This document shows positions 54,307 through 64,000 of a stretch of DNA of 64,000 bases, piece by piece. The DNA is from an uncultured Chloroflexia bacterium (GTDB taxonomy: Bacteria; Chloroflexota; Limnocylindria; Limnocylindrales; CSP1-4). A model generated the notes under the pieces. That model made no database searches. It had not been told where the DNA came from and was given only the letters and a program-made list of their open reading frames with translations. Positions within the stretch are counted from its first letter, which is position 1. The number at the start of each line of letters is the position of its first letter. The stretch covers positions 96,001 through 160,000 of the forward strand of contig CAVVYR010000004.1 in assembly GCA_963752475.1 (NCBI GenBank), in the 5' to 3' direction. Both the position numbers and the translations under genes were made by a program.

Positions 54307-54659
54307 GCCGTCGAGGGCTCGTCCGGCCCGGGCGCCTCCAGCGGCTGGAGCAGGACATCGTGCTGCTCGGGATGCTTCTGCAGCCAGGCCACGATGAAGG
54401 GGCACTTGGGGATGACCCGGACCCCTCGCTCACGCAGATCCTCGAGCACCGCTCGCACGAGCCGGCTGCCGATGCCCTTGCCTTCGAAGCCGACGAGGAC
54501 CTCGGTGTGCGTGAGCACGATGAACTCCTCGCTCACGCGATAGTCGATCAGGCCTGCCAGCTCTCGCTCGTCCCCGAGCCGAGCTTCATAGCGCTCGAGG
54601 TCAGGCACGTCGAGGACGTGCAGGTCGGGTCGCGGGGGCATCTGCTGTGGCGCGTTCAT
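54303..54659 (-). CDS. YjdJ-like small GNAT acetyltransferase
   Basis: THTEV, GKGIGS, PKCPFI. Confidence 0.85.
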   Translation of the reverse strand: MNAPQQMPPRPDLHVLDVPDLERYEARLGDERELAGLIDYRVSEEFIVLTHTEVLVGFEGKGIGSRLVRAVLEDLRERGVRVIPKCPFIVAWLQKHPEQHDVLLQPLEAPGPDEPSTA

Positions 54660-55891
54660 CGGCCCTCCTTGAAGGCAGCGTAGAGGCTCGGCAGCGCCGC
54701 TGCCGGATCACGGTAGAAGGCCGTTGCGTCGACCTCGATACGGGCGCGCGGGGAGGGCTCGCTGATGACCGGGGCGCTGGCGATGAACTCACGGATGACC
54801 TCGGCATGGGGCTTGAGCGAACCATCGGGTCGGACCAGGCCGAAGTGGCGCTCGTGTCGCTGGTGATCACACGGCGCTCGATCCCAGAGGTCCTCGTGGT
54901 AGTCCGCGAAGCACCAGACCATGGCGCCCGTGGCCCCGACCTCGACGAGCCGCGGGAAGACCTCGGCCAGGTGGTCCGCCAGCACCCGCTCCGAGAGCAT
55001 GATCTGGTCGTGCTGCCGATAGGGCGAGCGCCAACTCCAGTCCACCGTGTCCGAGCCGGGCGGCGCGGTGCAGGCACCGAACTCCTCCATCATCGTCGGT
55101 CGCCCCGAGAGCGCCGCGGTCAGCGCGGTCGCGAAGGGCACGGTGTCGGGATCGAGCGCGCCCACGCCGAAGTTCGCGTAGATGGGATAGGTGTGCATGA
55201 CCGCGAAGTCGGCGCCGGCGAAGACCTGGTCCGCTCGCAGGTGATTGCGCGTGCTCAACGATGGCGAGTGCAGCCCGATCGTCCGATGCCGCTCCGGATC
55301 GATCCCGACGATGACCTCGAACATCCGTGACGCCCACGCCGCGCCGGTGTCGTCATCGGGTGGAACCGCAAAGTTGTCGGGCTCGTTGCCCAGGTTCCAG
55401 GCCCAGACGCCCGGGTGATCCTTGAGCCGGCCGACGACCTCGCGTAGTAGGAGTTCGGCGGCAGCGATCGCCGTGGGGTCGCTGAATGGGTTGCGGTATC
55501 TGCCGGCATCCTCGTTAGCACCACTAACGACCTGCCGGCCCTCCGGGATCTCCATGTCCCCACCGAGCAGCCAGGCGGGGGCCCAGTTGGGGCCGCTCAT
55601 GTGGCCGGTGAAGAACGTGACGTCGAGCCCGAGGCCCCGTTCGGCCGCGATGTCGGCCACGACCTCGAGATCGTCGAGCGCCTCCCCTGAGACCGAGTCG
55701 GGCGTGGGCCCGAAGTCCTCCCACAGCAGGAAGATGCGGACGAGCCGCATGCCGAGGCTGGCGATGAGGTCGAACTCTTCGGCCACCTCATCGCGCTCGA
55801 AGTCCTTCCACCAGTACATCGCCTTACGTCTGGGCCAGTAGTTGACCCCGACCGGGAAGGGCTGGCCCACGGCCAGGTCATTCGCGCTCAT
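54656..55891 (-). CDS. GH5-like glycoside hydrolase (possible beta-mannosidase/mannanase)
   Basis: GVNYWP, WNLGNEP acid/base, HTYP, MEEFG nucleophile, WC. Confidence 0.8.
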   Translation of the reverse strand: MSANDLAVGQPFPVGVNYWPRRKAMYWWKDFERDEVAEEFDLIASLGMRLVRIFLLWEDFGPTPDSVSGEALDDLEVVADIAAERGLGLDVTFFTGHMSGPNWAPAWLLGGDMEIPEGRQVVSGANEDAGRYRNPFSDPTAIAAAELLLREVVGRLKDHPGVWAWNLGNEPDNFAVPPDDDTGAAWASRMFEVIVGIDPERHRTIGLHSPSLSTRNHLRADQVFAGADFAVMHTYPIYANFGVGALDPDTVPFATALTAALSGRPTMMEEFGACTAPPGSDTVDWSWRSPYRQHDQIMLSERVLADHLAEVFPRLVEVGATGAMVWCFADYHEDLWDRAPCDHQRHERHFGLVRPDGSLKPHAEVIREFIASAPVISEPSPRARIEVDATAFYRDPAAALPSLYAAFKEGR

Positions 55892-58116
55892 GCGCTCAGT
55901 TTCCGCAGCTCGAAGATACGAGCCTGGAAGTCACCGCGGGCCTGCGCTTCCCAGGCGAAGTCATCCAGGAACAGGCCTTGCAGCATGAGTTCGTCACCTC
56001 CCCGCTCGAGGGTGTTGGCCCGAGTCAGCGCGTCCTCCGTCTCCGGCCACACGCTGACCTCGTAGCGCGCCTCCGGATCGAGGCCTCGCAGTCGCAGCAG
56101 CGATGGGCCCGGCAGCGGTCGCGTGAGCGTGCGGTACCAGCCCACGAGCGCGCGGCCGGCTGTGTCGTCGACGACCATCCAGGCGGTCTCGTTGCCGTCG
56201 CTGTCGAACGGGCTCCGCAGCCGGTGGAAGCGACCCTGGTGAATCAGCTCACGGCGCTCCTTGTACCAGGCGATCTGCGCTCGCACGTCGTTCGCCTCGG
56301 CCTCGTCGAGCGCACGAGGGTCGAGCTCGTAGCCGAGGTTGCCGAAGAAGGCCACGGCCGCACGGGTCGACAGCGGCGTCGCCCGGTGCAGCTGGTGGTT
56401 GGGTGAGGCCGAGACGTGCGCGCCCATCGCGACCAGCGGGTAGACCATCGAGCTGCCGTACTGGATCCGCTGGCGTTCGATCGCATCGGTGTCGTCGCTG
56501 GTCCAGGCCTGTGGAGCGAAGGCCAACAGGCCCGGATCGTTGCGCCCGCCACCGCCGGCACAGGACTCGAAGAGGATCTCCGGGAAGCGCTCGGTCAGCC
56601 GGGAGTAGAGGTCGTAGAGCCCCAGCATGTAGCGGTGGAAGAACTCACCCTGCCGCTCGGTTGGCAACGAGGCCCCGAAGGGCTCGGTCATGACCCGGTT
56701 GTAGTCCCACTTGACGTAGTCGATGGGTGCGCTCGAGAGGACGTTGCCGATGACCCGCTCGAGGTAGTCGATGACATCCTCGTTGGAGAGGTCGAGCACG
56801 TACTGGTTGCGCTGCTCGGAACGAGGCCTGCCGGAGATGCCCACGGCCCACTCGGGATGCTGGTCGAAGAGACGGCTGCGCGGGCTGACCATCTCCGGCT
56901 CGATCCAGATGCCGAAGAGGAGACCCAGGTCCTTCACGCGGCTGACCAGGTCGGGCAGGCCCGAGGGCAGCTTCCGCAGATCCACGGTCCAGTCGCCTAG
57001 CGACGAGTCGTCGCTGTCACGCTGGCCGAACCAGCCATCATCGAGCACGAACAGTTCCGCGCCCAGGTCCTTCGTGGCGGCAGCCATCTCGACGAGGGTG
57101 TCCTCGTCGAAGTCGAAGTAGACGCCCTCCCAGCTGTTGAGCAGGACCGGGCGCGGCTTGTCGCGCCACGTCCCGCTCGACAGCCGCTCCCGGTAGTGGC
57201 GGTGGTACGCGTCGGATACGCCGCCGAGTCCCTCGTCCGACCAGACCAGTACGGCTTCGGGGATCTGCAGATCCATGCCCGGCTCGATGCGCCAGCTGAT
57301 GGACTCTGGGTCCATGCCGATGCGTGCGCGCACGGTGTCATACGGGTCGACCTCGACCTCAGCGAGGAAGTTGCCCGAGTACACCAGCGACATGCCGATG
57401 GCCTCACCCGAGGCCTCGGTCGTCGACGGGCGTCGGAGCAGGAGGAACGGGTTCTGCTGGTGACCGGACGATCCGCGCTGGCTGCGCAGCGCTCGCGTCC
57501 CACGCACCAGCGGCGCGTCGATGATCTGCGTCTCGCGCGCCCATTCGCCCGCGAGCTGCAGCAGGTTCCAGTCACGGTCGGGCAGGTCCAGCACCGCGCT
57601 CATGGCCGTGGTCAGCTGGATATCGCCGCTGCCGCCGTTGACGACGCGCATGCTGCGGGTGATCAGCGGCCGGTCGGCGTAGACGGTCAGCAGCAGCCGG
57701 ACCCGGAGGCCGGAATGACGATCGAGGAGCACGACCTCCACCGACTCGGCCTCTGACGGGTCGTCCACATACGTCGAGGGAAGTCCATCGAGATGAGGCT
57801 TGCCGGCGCTGATGACATGGTCCTGGTAGCCGAGCTGGAGCACGGTGCTGCCGTCGGGATGGCGCACGCCGATGCCGGGAATGCGGAAGTCGCCGCTACC
57901 GACGCTGGGCAACTCACGTGGAAGCGGGTCCCCGATCTGGTTGAAACGCGTCGTGTACGAATGCCGCAGGAAGTGCCCGTAGTCGCGCTCGGTCGCAAGC
58001 CGGGGCCCGAAGTAGAGGTGCGACAGAAGGCCGTCCTCGGGAACACTGATCACGTAGCTGATGAGCTCGTTGTGCAGGTGCAGCTGCCGACCCTGCTCCC
58101 GCCATTCGATGGGCAT
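55888..58116 (-). CDS. Alpha-galactosidase, GH36
   Basis: LNSWE, FVLDDGWFG, FGIWIEPEM, YVKWDYNR, ESCAGGGGR, WTSDDTD. Confidence 0.93.
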   Translation of the reverse strand: MPIEWREQGRQLHLHNELISYVISVPEDGLLSHLYFGPRLATERDYGHFLRHSYTTRFNQIGDPLPRELPSVGSGDFRIPGIGVRHPDGSTVLQLGYQDHVISAGKPHLDGLPSTYVDDPSEAESVEVVLLDRHSGLRVRLLLTVYADRPLITRSMRVVNGGSGDIQLTTAMSAVLDLPDRDWNLLQLAGEWARETQIIDAPLVRGTRALRSQRGSSGHQQNPFLLLRRPSTTEASGEAIGMSLVYSGNFLAEVEVDPYDTVRARIGMDPESISWRIEPGMDLQIPEAVLVWSDEGLGGVSDAYHRHYRERLSSGTWRDKPRPVLLNSWEGVYFDFDEDTLVEMAAATKDLGAELFVLDDGWFGQRDSDDSSLGDWTVDLRKLPSGLPDLVSRVKDLGLLFGIWIEPEMVSPRSRLFDQHPEWAVGISGRPRSEQRNQYVLDLSNEDVIDYLERVIGNVLSSAPIDYVKWDYNRVMTEPFGASLPTERQGEFFHRYMLGLYDLYSRLTERFPEILFESCAGGGGRNDPGLLAFAPQAWTSDDTDAIERQRIQYGSSMVYPLVAMGAHVSASPNHQLHRATPLSTRAAVAFFGNLGYELDPRALDEAEANDVRAQIAWYKERRELIHQGRFHRLRSPFDSDGNETAWMVVDDTAGRALVGWYRTLTRPLPGPSLLRLRGLDPEARYEVSVWPETEDALTRANTLERGGDELMLQGLFLDDFAWEAQARGDFQARIFELRKLSA

Positions 58117-58286
58117 CCCCGGCCTTCTCCTTCGACTGTGGCACACGCATCGGCGACGTTCACCGATCGTGCGCCGGGCGATGGTACGACGGCAGCCAGG
58201 CGCGGACACGACGTTCGAACCACTTCTCGCCTACGATACGGAGCGTCTTCGAACAAGCCCAAGTTACGTTAAGAGGAACGCCGTCC

Positions 58287-58558
58287 GTGAAGAAGACCCT
58301 GATCACTGCTGCGCTGGTCGCCAGCCTGAGCCTCGTCGCTGTCGCCTGCGACAATGACGAAGACCCCACCGCAGGAGCCCACCGCCGAGCCGGCAGCGAC
58401 CGAGGTGGAGGACGCCGAGGCGACCGATGGCCGGCCGAGGTGGAAGACGCCGAGGCGACCGAGGAGGAGAGGCCGAGGAGGAGATGGCTGACGCCGAGGA
58501 GATGGCCGAGGAGGCGACGCCGAGGAGGACGTCGCTGACGAGGAGAGCCGAGGCCTAG
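58287..58558 (+). CDS. Small acidic low-complexity lipoprotein, apparently frameshifted
   Basis: MKKTLITAALVASLSLVAVAC lipobox; Glu/Ala-rich repeats (EVEDAEAT) broken across frames; true stop uncertain. Confidence 0.5.
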
Positions 58559-58576
58559 CGCCACTCCCTACACGAC

Positions 58577-58607
58577 GAAGGCCGTCCGGGTGACCGGACG
58601 GCCTTTT
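58577..58607 (+). terminator. Intrinsic terminator
   Basis: GAAGGCCGTCCGG-GTGA-CCGGACGGCCTTTT. Confidence 0.8.
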
Positions 58608-58627
58608 CGATTCGGTGGCCTACCGCT

Positions 58628-59042
58628 TCAGATCGCCCGCATGCGGTTGTTGCGCTTCTCATGCGTCAGCTCTGCCAAGCCGAGCGCTTCCAGCAGCGGC
58701 GGCACGTACATGCCGAAGCGACCGCGATAGCCCTGGCGCAAGCCGTAGAAGCCGCCGACCGGGTTGTCGGCGGACCGTCCCCAGGCCTCGACGGTGTCCG
58801 GCTTGGGGTCCTTCTTCTCGTCCGCGGCGCCAAGGTCCATCCATTCACCACGCGCTTCGAGCATGGCCTGGAGGTCCTCGATGCAGCGCAAGCTGGTACG
58901 AGAGCTTGGTCGAGCCGACCTGGCAGACGAGCGCGGGCGGATCGGCCTCCTCGTCGCTGGTACATCGTGTACTCGGACGAGCCCGGGTGGGGTCTGAAGG
59001 ACCCAGGGATCGTCCTTGGTGCCGGTGCCGGTAGCCTGCCAT
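58628..59042 (-). CDS. Conserved hypothetical protein (DUF6855-like) with several frameshifts
   Basis: Pieces GTKDDPWVLQTPPG / SSEYTMY / ALVCQVGSTKLSYQL / RCIEDL...GFYGLRQGYRGRFGMYVPPLLEALGLAELTHEKRNNRMRAI. Confidence 0.55.
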
Positions 59043-59094
59043 GCGCCTGCCTCCTGTGAGGGGATGGGCGCCAGAGCCTAGCGAGTCCCGGCGC

Positions 59095-60274
59095 TCAACT
59101 CCAGTCCGGCTCGTAGGGCAGTTGCGCCAGCACCCAGTAGCCACCTCCGTCACGGGGGCCGGCGTCGAGGGTGCCACCCAGAGCCGCGACCTCCTTGCGC
59201 ACGGCTTCGAGACCAGCCGTTTGCTGCTTGGCGTCACCGGTGGCGACGCCATCGTCGGAGACCTCGATCTCGAGCGCGTCGGGCTCGAAGCGCACGAGCA
59301 CGCTCGCCGTCGCCTGAGTGGTGCCGTCGAGCGTGGCCATCAGCGACTCCTCTACGACGCGATAGGCCACCGCGTCGAGCTCCGATGTCAGGGGTACAGG
59401 CCGGCCTGTCACCTGCAGGCCCACGGGCAGCCCGGCCTTGGTGACCTCGTCGACGAGGTAGTCGAGGTCGCCCAGTCCGGGGCCGGCTTCGGGCAGGGGC
59501 GTCCCGTCGGGCGCGAGCAAGCAGGCCGATCAGGCGCTGCGACTCCTCGAGCGCTTCGGTGCCCGCGGTGTCGACCACCACGAGCGCCTCGTGCGCCGAG
59601 CGGGGGTCCTTGTCCAGCGTCCGGCGGGCCTCGCGGGCCTGCAGGACGATCGTGCTGAACGCCCGCTCGAGGACATCGCGCAGCTCGCGCACGGTGTCAT
59701 CGCGACCGGCCGAATCCGGGGTGGCGTAGCCGTGCGACCAGGCCCACTCGCGATCGTCAGCACCGACGCGCTCATCACGGCGGGCGAGGCGCACTCGCCT
59801 GACGGCCTGGCCCAGCAGCCAGGGCGCCCACAGCAGCAGTACCGGCCCGGCGATCTCGCGCGCCTCGAGGGGGTCGCCGCCGCCACGCAACACGAGCAGC
59901 CCGGTGAGGACGCCGAGGCCGAGGGCACCGATGGTGGCGGCTCGGCCGCCACTCCAGGCGCCGATGGAGTAGGAGCTCAAGGCCAGGCCGATAGCGATGG
60001 TCACCACGGACTCGAGCTGTCCTCGACCCATCAGCGCGAGGGCCACGACCGCGGCCACCAGGGGCACGATGGGCATGCGCGAGCGGAGCGCCAAGGTCGA
60101 CAAGAAGACGGCGCCCGCGATCACGGCCGCATCCTCGGTGACATCGAGGCCGGCAACGAAGGGCTCACCCAGGACGACGACGTCGGTGAGATAGACCTCG
60201 GCGATGTAGGCCGCGGTCAGGACCAGGGCGGTGAGCGCATCGAGGTGCGCGCGGATGAAGCGAAGGACTCCCAC
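59095..60274 (-). CDS. HisKA_3 (NarX/DesK-type) sensor kinase-like protein, degenerate; frameshift near 59520
   Basis: About 5 TM segments; RELRDVL in the H-box position; AYRVVEESL, VSDDG, GL...LGG remnants of the HATPase domain. Confidence 0.65.
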
Positions 60275-60388
60275 GGCTCGAGGCTACCGCGCCTTGGGGT
60301 CAGGCGTGCACGGAGTGAGCCCGATACGAACGACCGCCTGCTACCGTGGCTTCGTATCAGCCAGAAGGGGCTGGAAGGAGGAGGTCTC

Positions 60389-62740
60389 ATGGGTCTCAAG
60401 GAATACCAGCCCGGAACGCGGTTCTCAGGCGTCGTCGGTCGCACGTTCGATACCTCGGAGCCGGCCTGGCCGGCGCCGCGGCGCGCGAAGGAGGGCATGC
60501 CCAACGTGCTCTTCATCGTCCTCGACGACACGGGCTTCGGGCAGCTCGGCTGCTACGGCAGCCCCATCCGCACGCCTAACCTGGACAAGCTCGCAGGCAA
60601 CGGCCTGCGCTACAGCAACATGCACACGACGGCGCTGTGCTCGCCCACGCGCTCGTGCATCCTGACCGGCCGCAACCACCACTCGAACCACCTCGCCGGA
60701 ATCACCGAGATCAGCACCGGTTTTCCCGGCTACGACGGCTACATCCCCTTCGAGAACGGGTTCCTCGGCGAGATCCTCCAGCGCGAGGGCTACAACACCT
60801 TCGCCGTGGGCAAGTGGCACCTCACACCGGCCGATCAGGTCTCGGCCGCCGGACCCTACGACCGCTGGCCGCTGGGCCGTGGCTTCGAGCGCTACTACGG
60901 CTTCCTCGGCGGCGACACACACCAGTACTACCCCGAGCTGACACACGACAACCATCGCGTCGAGCCCGAGAAGACACCCGAGGAGGGCTACCACCTGACC
61001 GAGGACCTGGCCGACCACGCCATCGGCATGATCGCCGACTCGAAGCAGGTGGCGCCCAACAAGCCCTTCTTCATGTACTTCGCCACCGGCGCCATGCACG
61101 CGCCACATCACGTGGCCAGGGAGTGGGCCGACAAGTACAAGGGCGTCTTCGACGATGGCTGGGACGCGTACCGCGAAAAGGTCTTTGCGCGTCAGAAGGA
61201 GCTGGGCGTCGTGCCGCAGGAGGCGGTGCTCTCACGCCACGATCCCGATGTCCAGGAGTGGGACAGCCTGTCGGACGACGAGCGCAAGGTCTATGCCCGA
61301 ATGATGGAGGTCTACGCCGGCTTCCTCGAGCACACCGACCACCACATCGGCCGGATCGTCGACTTCCTCGAGAAGATCGGCGAACTCGAGAACACGCTGG
61401 TCATGGCCATCAGCGACAACGGCGCCAGCTCGGAGGGCGGCCCCACCGGCTCGATCAACGAGAACCGCTTCTTCAACTACATCGAGGACACCGTCGAGGA
61501 GAACCTTGCGGCTCTCGACGAGCTTGGCGGCCCCAAGTACTTCAACCACTACCCCTGGGGCTGGACCTGGGCAGGCAACACGCCCTTCCGCCGCTGGAAG
61601 CGGGAGACGTACCGCGGCGGCATCAGCGATCCCTTCATCGTCCACTGGCCCGCGGGCATCGAGGCCAAGGGCGAGATCCGCTCACAATACGGCCACGCCA
61701 TCGACATGGTCCCGACCGTGCTCGAGGCCCTGGGCATCGAGCCGCCCGGCGACATCCGTGGCGTGCAGCAGTCCCCGATCGAGGGCGTCAGCATGGCGCA
61801 GAGCTTCGACGACGCCGCGGCCGAGACGGAGCACGTCACGCAGTACTTCGAGATGCTCGGGCACCGCTCCATCTATCACGACGGCTGGCGGGCGGTCTGC
61901 CCCTGGCCGGGAACATCCTTCGCCGAAGGCCAGCCGTTCAGCACGCCCATCACGGCCGAGGCGCTCATCGAGCTCGATGCCAACGGCTGGGAGCTCTACC
62001 ACGTGGCCGAGGACTGGGCCGAGAACGAGAACGTCGCGGGCCAGCACCCCGCGAAGCTGACCGAGCTCATCTCGCTCTGGTACGTCGAGGCCGGCAAGTA
62101 CAACGTGCTACCGATCGACGGCCGCGCCCAGCAGCGCTTCGCTGATGAGCGACCGGTCATCGCCCAGGACCGCTCACGCTACGTCTTCTACAACGACACC
62201 CAGGAGGTGCCGCCCAACGCGGCGCCGCGCATCCTCAACCGCCACCACACCATCCACGCGGCCGTCGAGATCCCGGAGGGCGGCGCCGAGGGCGTGCTCG
62301 TCTCACAGGGCGGTGTGGACGGCGGCTTCACCTTCTTCGTCAAGGACGGAAAGCTGCGCTACACGTACAACTACTGCGCGGTCGACTACTACCACCTCAC
62401 CTCAGACGCGGACGTCCCGACCGGCAAGCACATCCTGAGCCTGGAGTGGGAACCGACTGGCGAGGCGGATCCGATGAGGGGCAAGGGCGTGCCGGCGAAG
62501 GTGACGCTGTTCGTCGACAGCGAGCCCATCGGAGGCGGCGATCTGCCGGTCACGATCCCGCTGTCACTGGGCCTGGCCGGCGGCGTGTCGATCGGTCGCG
62601 ATGCCGGTGCGCCCGTGACCGATGACTACGTCGGTCCGTTCGTCTTCTCGGGCGCGCTCGATCGGCTCGTCTACGACGTTTCGGGCGAGAGCGTGGTCGA
62701 CCACGAGACGGAGATCCGCGTCGCCCTCGCCCGCCAGTAG
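60389..62740 (+). CDS. Arylsulfatase (Cys-type, cytoplasmic)
   Basis: PNVLFIVLDD, CSPTR formylglycine motif, LTGR, GKWHL, HAPH, SDNG; GGAGG RBS. Confidence 0.93.
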   Translation: MGLKEYQPGTRFSGVVGRTFDTSEPAWPAPRRAKEGMPNVLFIVLDDTGFGQLGCYGSPIRTPNLDKLAGNGLRYSNMHTTALCSPTRSCILTGRNHHSNHLAGITEISTGFPGYDGYIPFENGFLGEILQREGYNTFAVGKWHLTPADQVSAAGPYDRWPLGRGFERYYGFLGGDTHQYYPELTHDNHRVEPEKTPEEGYHLTEDLADHAIGMIADSKQVAPNKPFFMYFATGAMHAPHHVAREWADKYKGVFDDGWDAYREKVFARQKELGVVPQEAVLSRHDPDVQEWDSLSDDERKVYARMMEVYAGFLEHTDHHIGRIVDFLEKIGELENTLVMAISDNGASSEGGPTGSINENRFFNYIEDTVEENLAALDELGGPKYFNHYPWGWTWAGNTPFRRWKRETYRGGISDPFIVHWPAGIEAKGEIRSQYGHAIDMVPTVLEALGIEPPGDIRGVQQSPIEGVSMAQSFDDAAAETEHVTQYFEMLGHRSIYHDGWRAVCPWPGTSFAEGQPFSTPITAEALIELDANGWELYHVAEDWAENENVAGQHPAKLTELISLWYVEAGKYNVLPIDGRAQQRFADERPVIAQDRSRYVFYNDTQEVPPNAAPRILNRHHTIHAAVEIPEGGAEGVLVSQGGVDGGFTFFVKDGKLRYTYNYCAVDYYHLTSDADVPTGKHILSLEWEPTGEADPMRGKGVPAKVTLFVDSEPIGGGDLPVTIPLSLGLAGGVSIGRDAGAPVTDDYVGPFVFSGALDRLVYDVSGESVVDHETEIRVALARQ

Positions 62741-62765
62741 GCCGGATACCGGACGGGCTGCCCGG

Positions 62766-64000
62766 TCAGCCGCGCGCCGTCCCGTCCCAGTAGGTCTGCG
62801 CCAGGGCCCACGCGTCCCGGCCGCACTGCGCGCCCATGACCCGACCACGCAGGTCGTCGGCCTCGACGTGGATGCCACCGTAGAGGCGTGAGAGCCCGGC
62901 CTGATCGGCCGCGTCGTAGTACGTGGCCCAAGCCAGCGGCACGTCGACGCTGGGCCCGAGCTCGAACTCGAGCGAACCCGCCGGCACCGTCCAGGTGCCG
63001 AGCCCACCGGGGAAGTACGCCGAACCGGTCATCTCGGTGAGCACCTCCGCGGCCGCTCGGCTGAAGGTGGAGTGGCCGCTGACGTAGCCCGCGAAGCTGG
63101 GCGTCACGAAGGTCGAGAGCTGGTAGGGCACCCACTCGACCGCCCGGATCCAGTCGACCCCGCCGAGCTCCGACTCGGTCTCGCGGGGGTTCCCGCTCCA
63201 GGCCCGCACCGCGATCTCCCCGACGAAGTCATCGAGGTGCTCGTGGCGCTCGCCGGCGGCGGCCGAGGCCGCGGTGATGAGCTCGACCTGGCCCTCGATG
63301 AGCGGCAGTCCGTCGGGGTGATACGCGGGCAGTGCCGGATCGCTCGACTGACCGAGGCCGCCCATGTAGCCGGATCATGCTGATCGGCCGCACGTAGTCG
63401 TAGTGGCCCTTGGCGCCCCAGGCGGCCACGGCCGCATCGTGCACCGCGCCGTTGAGCGCGAGGTACAGCTTCACATCCCATTCGAGCGGGTCGAGCACGG
63501 GGCCGCGGCCGGCGATGCGGCGTTCGAACGCGGGGTGGTCGACGACGCTGTTGGCGAGCGTGTTCCAGTGGCCCGGCGGGGTCTCCGAGTCGGGACCGTC
63601 GGCCCAGAACTCGGCCAGCACGCGCCCGAAGTCCGCGCGCGGTACCTCGACCGGCGCATACGGCAGGCTGGTCCAGGGGTTGAACGCGTGGCCGGCCCGA
63701 TCGTTCGTCCCCAGCGGCGCGTTGCCCCAGGTGGCCGGGCCGATGTCGACGGTCACGCCGTCGCGCGGGTCCAGCAGCGCGCTGTACGCGACGACCTCCA
63801 CGGCCTTGGCCTTGAACTCGGCATCGGTGGCGGGGTCACCGAGATGGGGCGGGCCGCCGGGGTCGATGGGCATGCCGTGCTCGAGCGGCTCGGGCAGGGC
63901 GAAGGAGGTGACCTCGCCCCAGTGCGGCCCGATGAACTCCTGCGGCCCGATCGGCAGCAGCTGGCCGTTCTGGGTGTAGCTGATCTCGAGCGCCAGCGGC
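62766..64000 (-). CDS. Vanadium-dependent haloperoxidase/PAP2-like protein, C-terminal part; frameshift near 63370
   Basis: KGHYDYVRP, TPSFAGYVSGHSTFS, SRLYGGIH vanadate-binding motifs; start lies outside the window. Confidence 0.8.

Noticed and set aside
58213-58254. LexA-like box (GTTCGAAC / TTCGAAC repeats)
   Set aside because: Does not fit GAAC-N4-GTTC spacing and the flanking genes are not SOS-related.
59591-60388. N-terminal extension of the 1049-aa sulfatase ORF
   Set aside because: It overlaps the antisense kinase-like gene; the ATG at 60389 has a strong GGAGG RBS.

Overview
High-GC (roughly 68-70%, estimated by eye) bacterial chromosomal window. The auracyanin-like cupredoxin and general protein style suggest Chloroflexota (inference). 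About 11 genes carry single-base frameshifts, most likely long-read assembly errors. Content: an ECF sigma factor with a beta-helix membrane partner, a vapBC toxin-antitoxin pair, purine catabolism genes (guanine deaminase-like amidohydrolase, three-subunit xanthine dehydrogenase family enzyme, MocA-like), a probable D-apiose uptake/catabolism cluster, ATP-dependent DNA ligase, PFOR (nifJ) with a DHOD-like partner, a GH36+GH5 pair, an arylsulfatase and a vanadium haloperoxidase-like gene. Most notable: (1) an intact tRNA-Ile with the rare UAU anticodon; (2) a YyaL/SPATA20 gene cleanly split into two translationally coupled ORFs with a sulfotransferase gene between them; (3) two long hairpin (MITE/REP-like) elements each followed by a GC-rich tandem repeat, one next to an XRE-HTH/nuclease-like gene; (4) three apparent pseudo-enzymes (PLP-fold protein without the Schiff-base Lys, histidine kinase without the H-box His, STAND-LuxR regulator with Walker A Lys replaced by Cys); (5) a pervasive leaderless-gene signature. 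No CRISPR array, rRNA, integrase or transposase was seen. All calls come from motif recognition only; no database searches were run.
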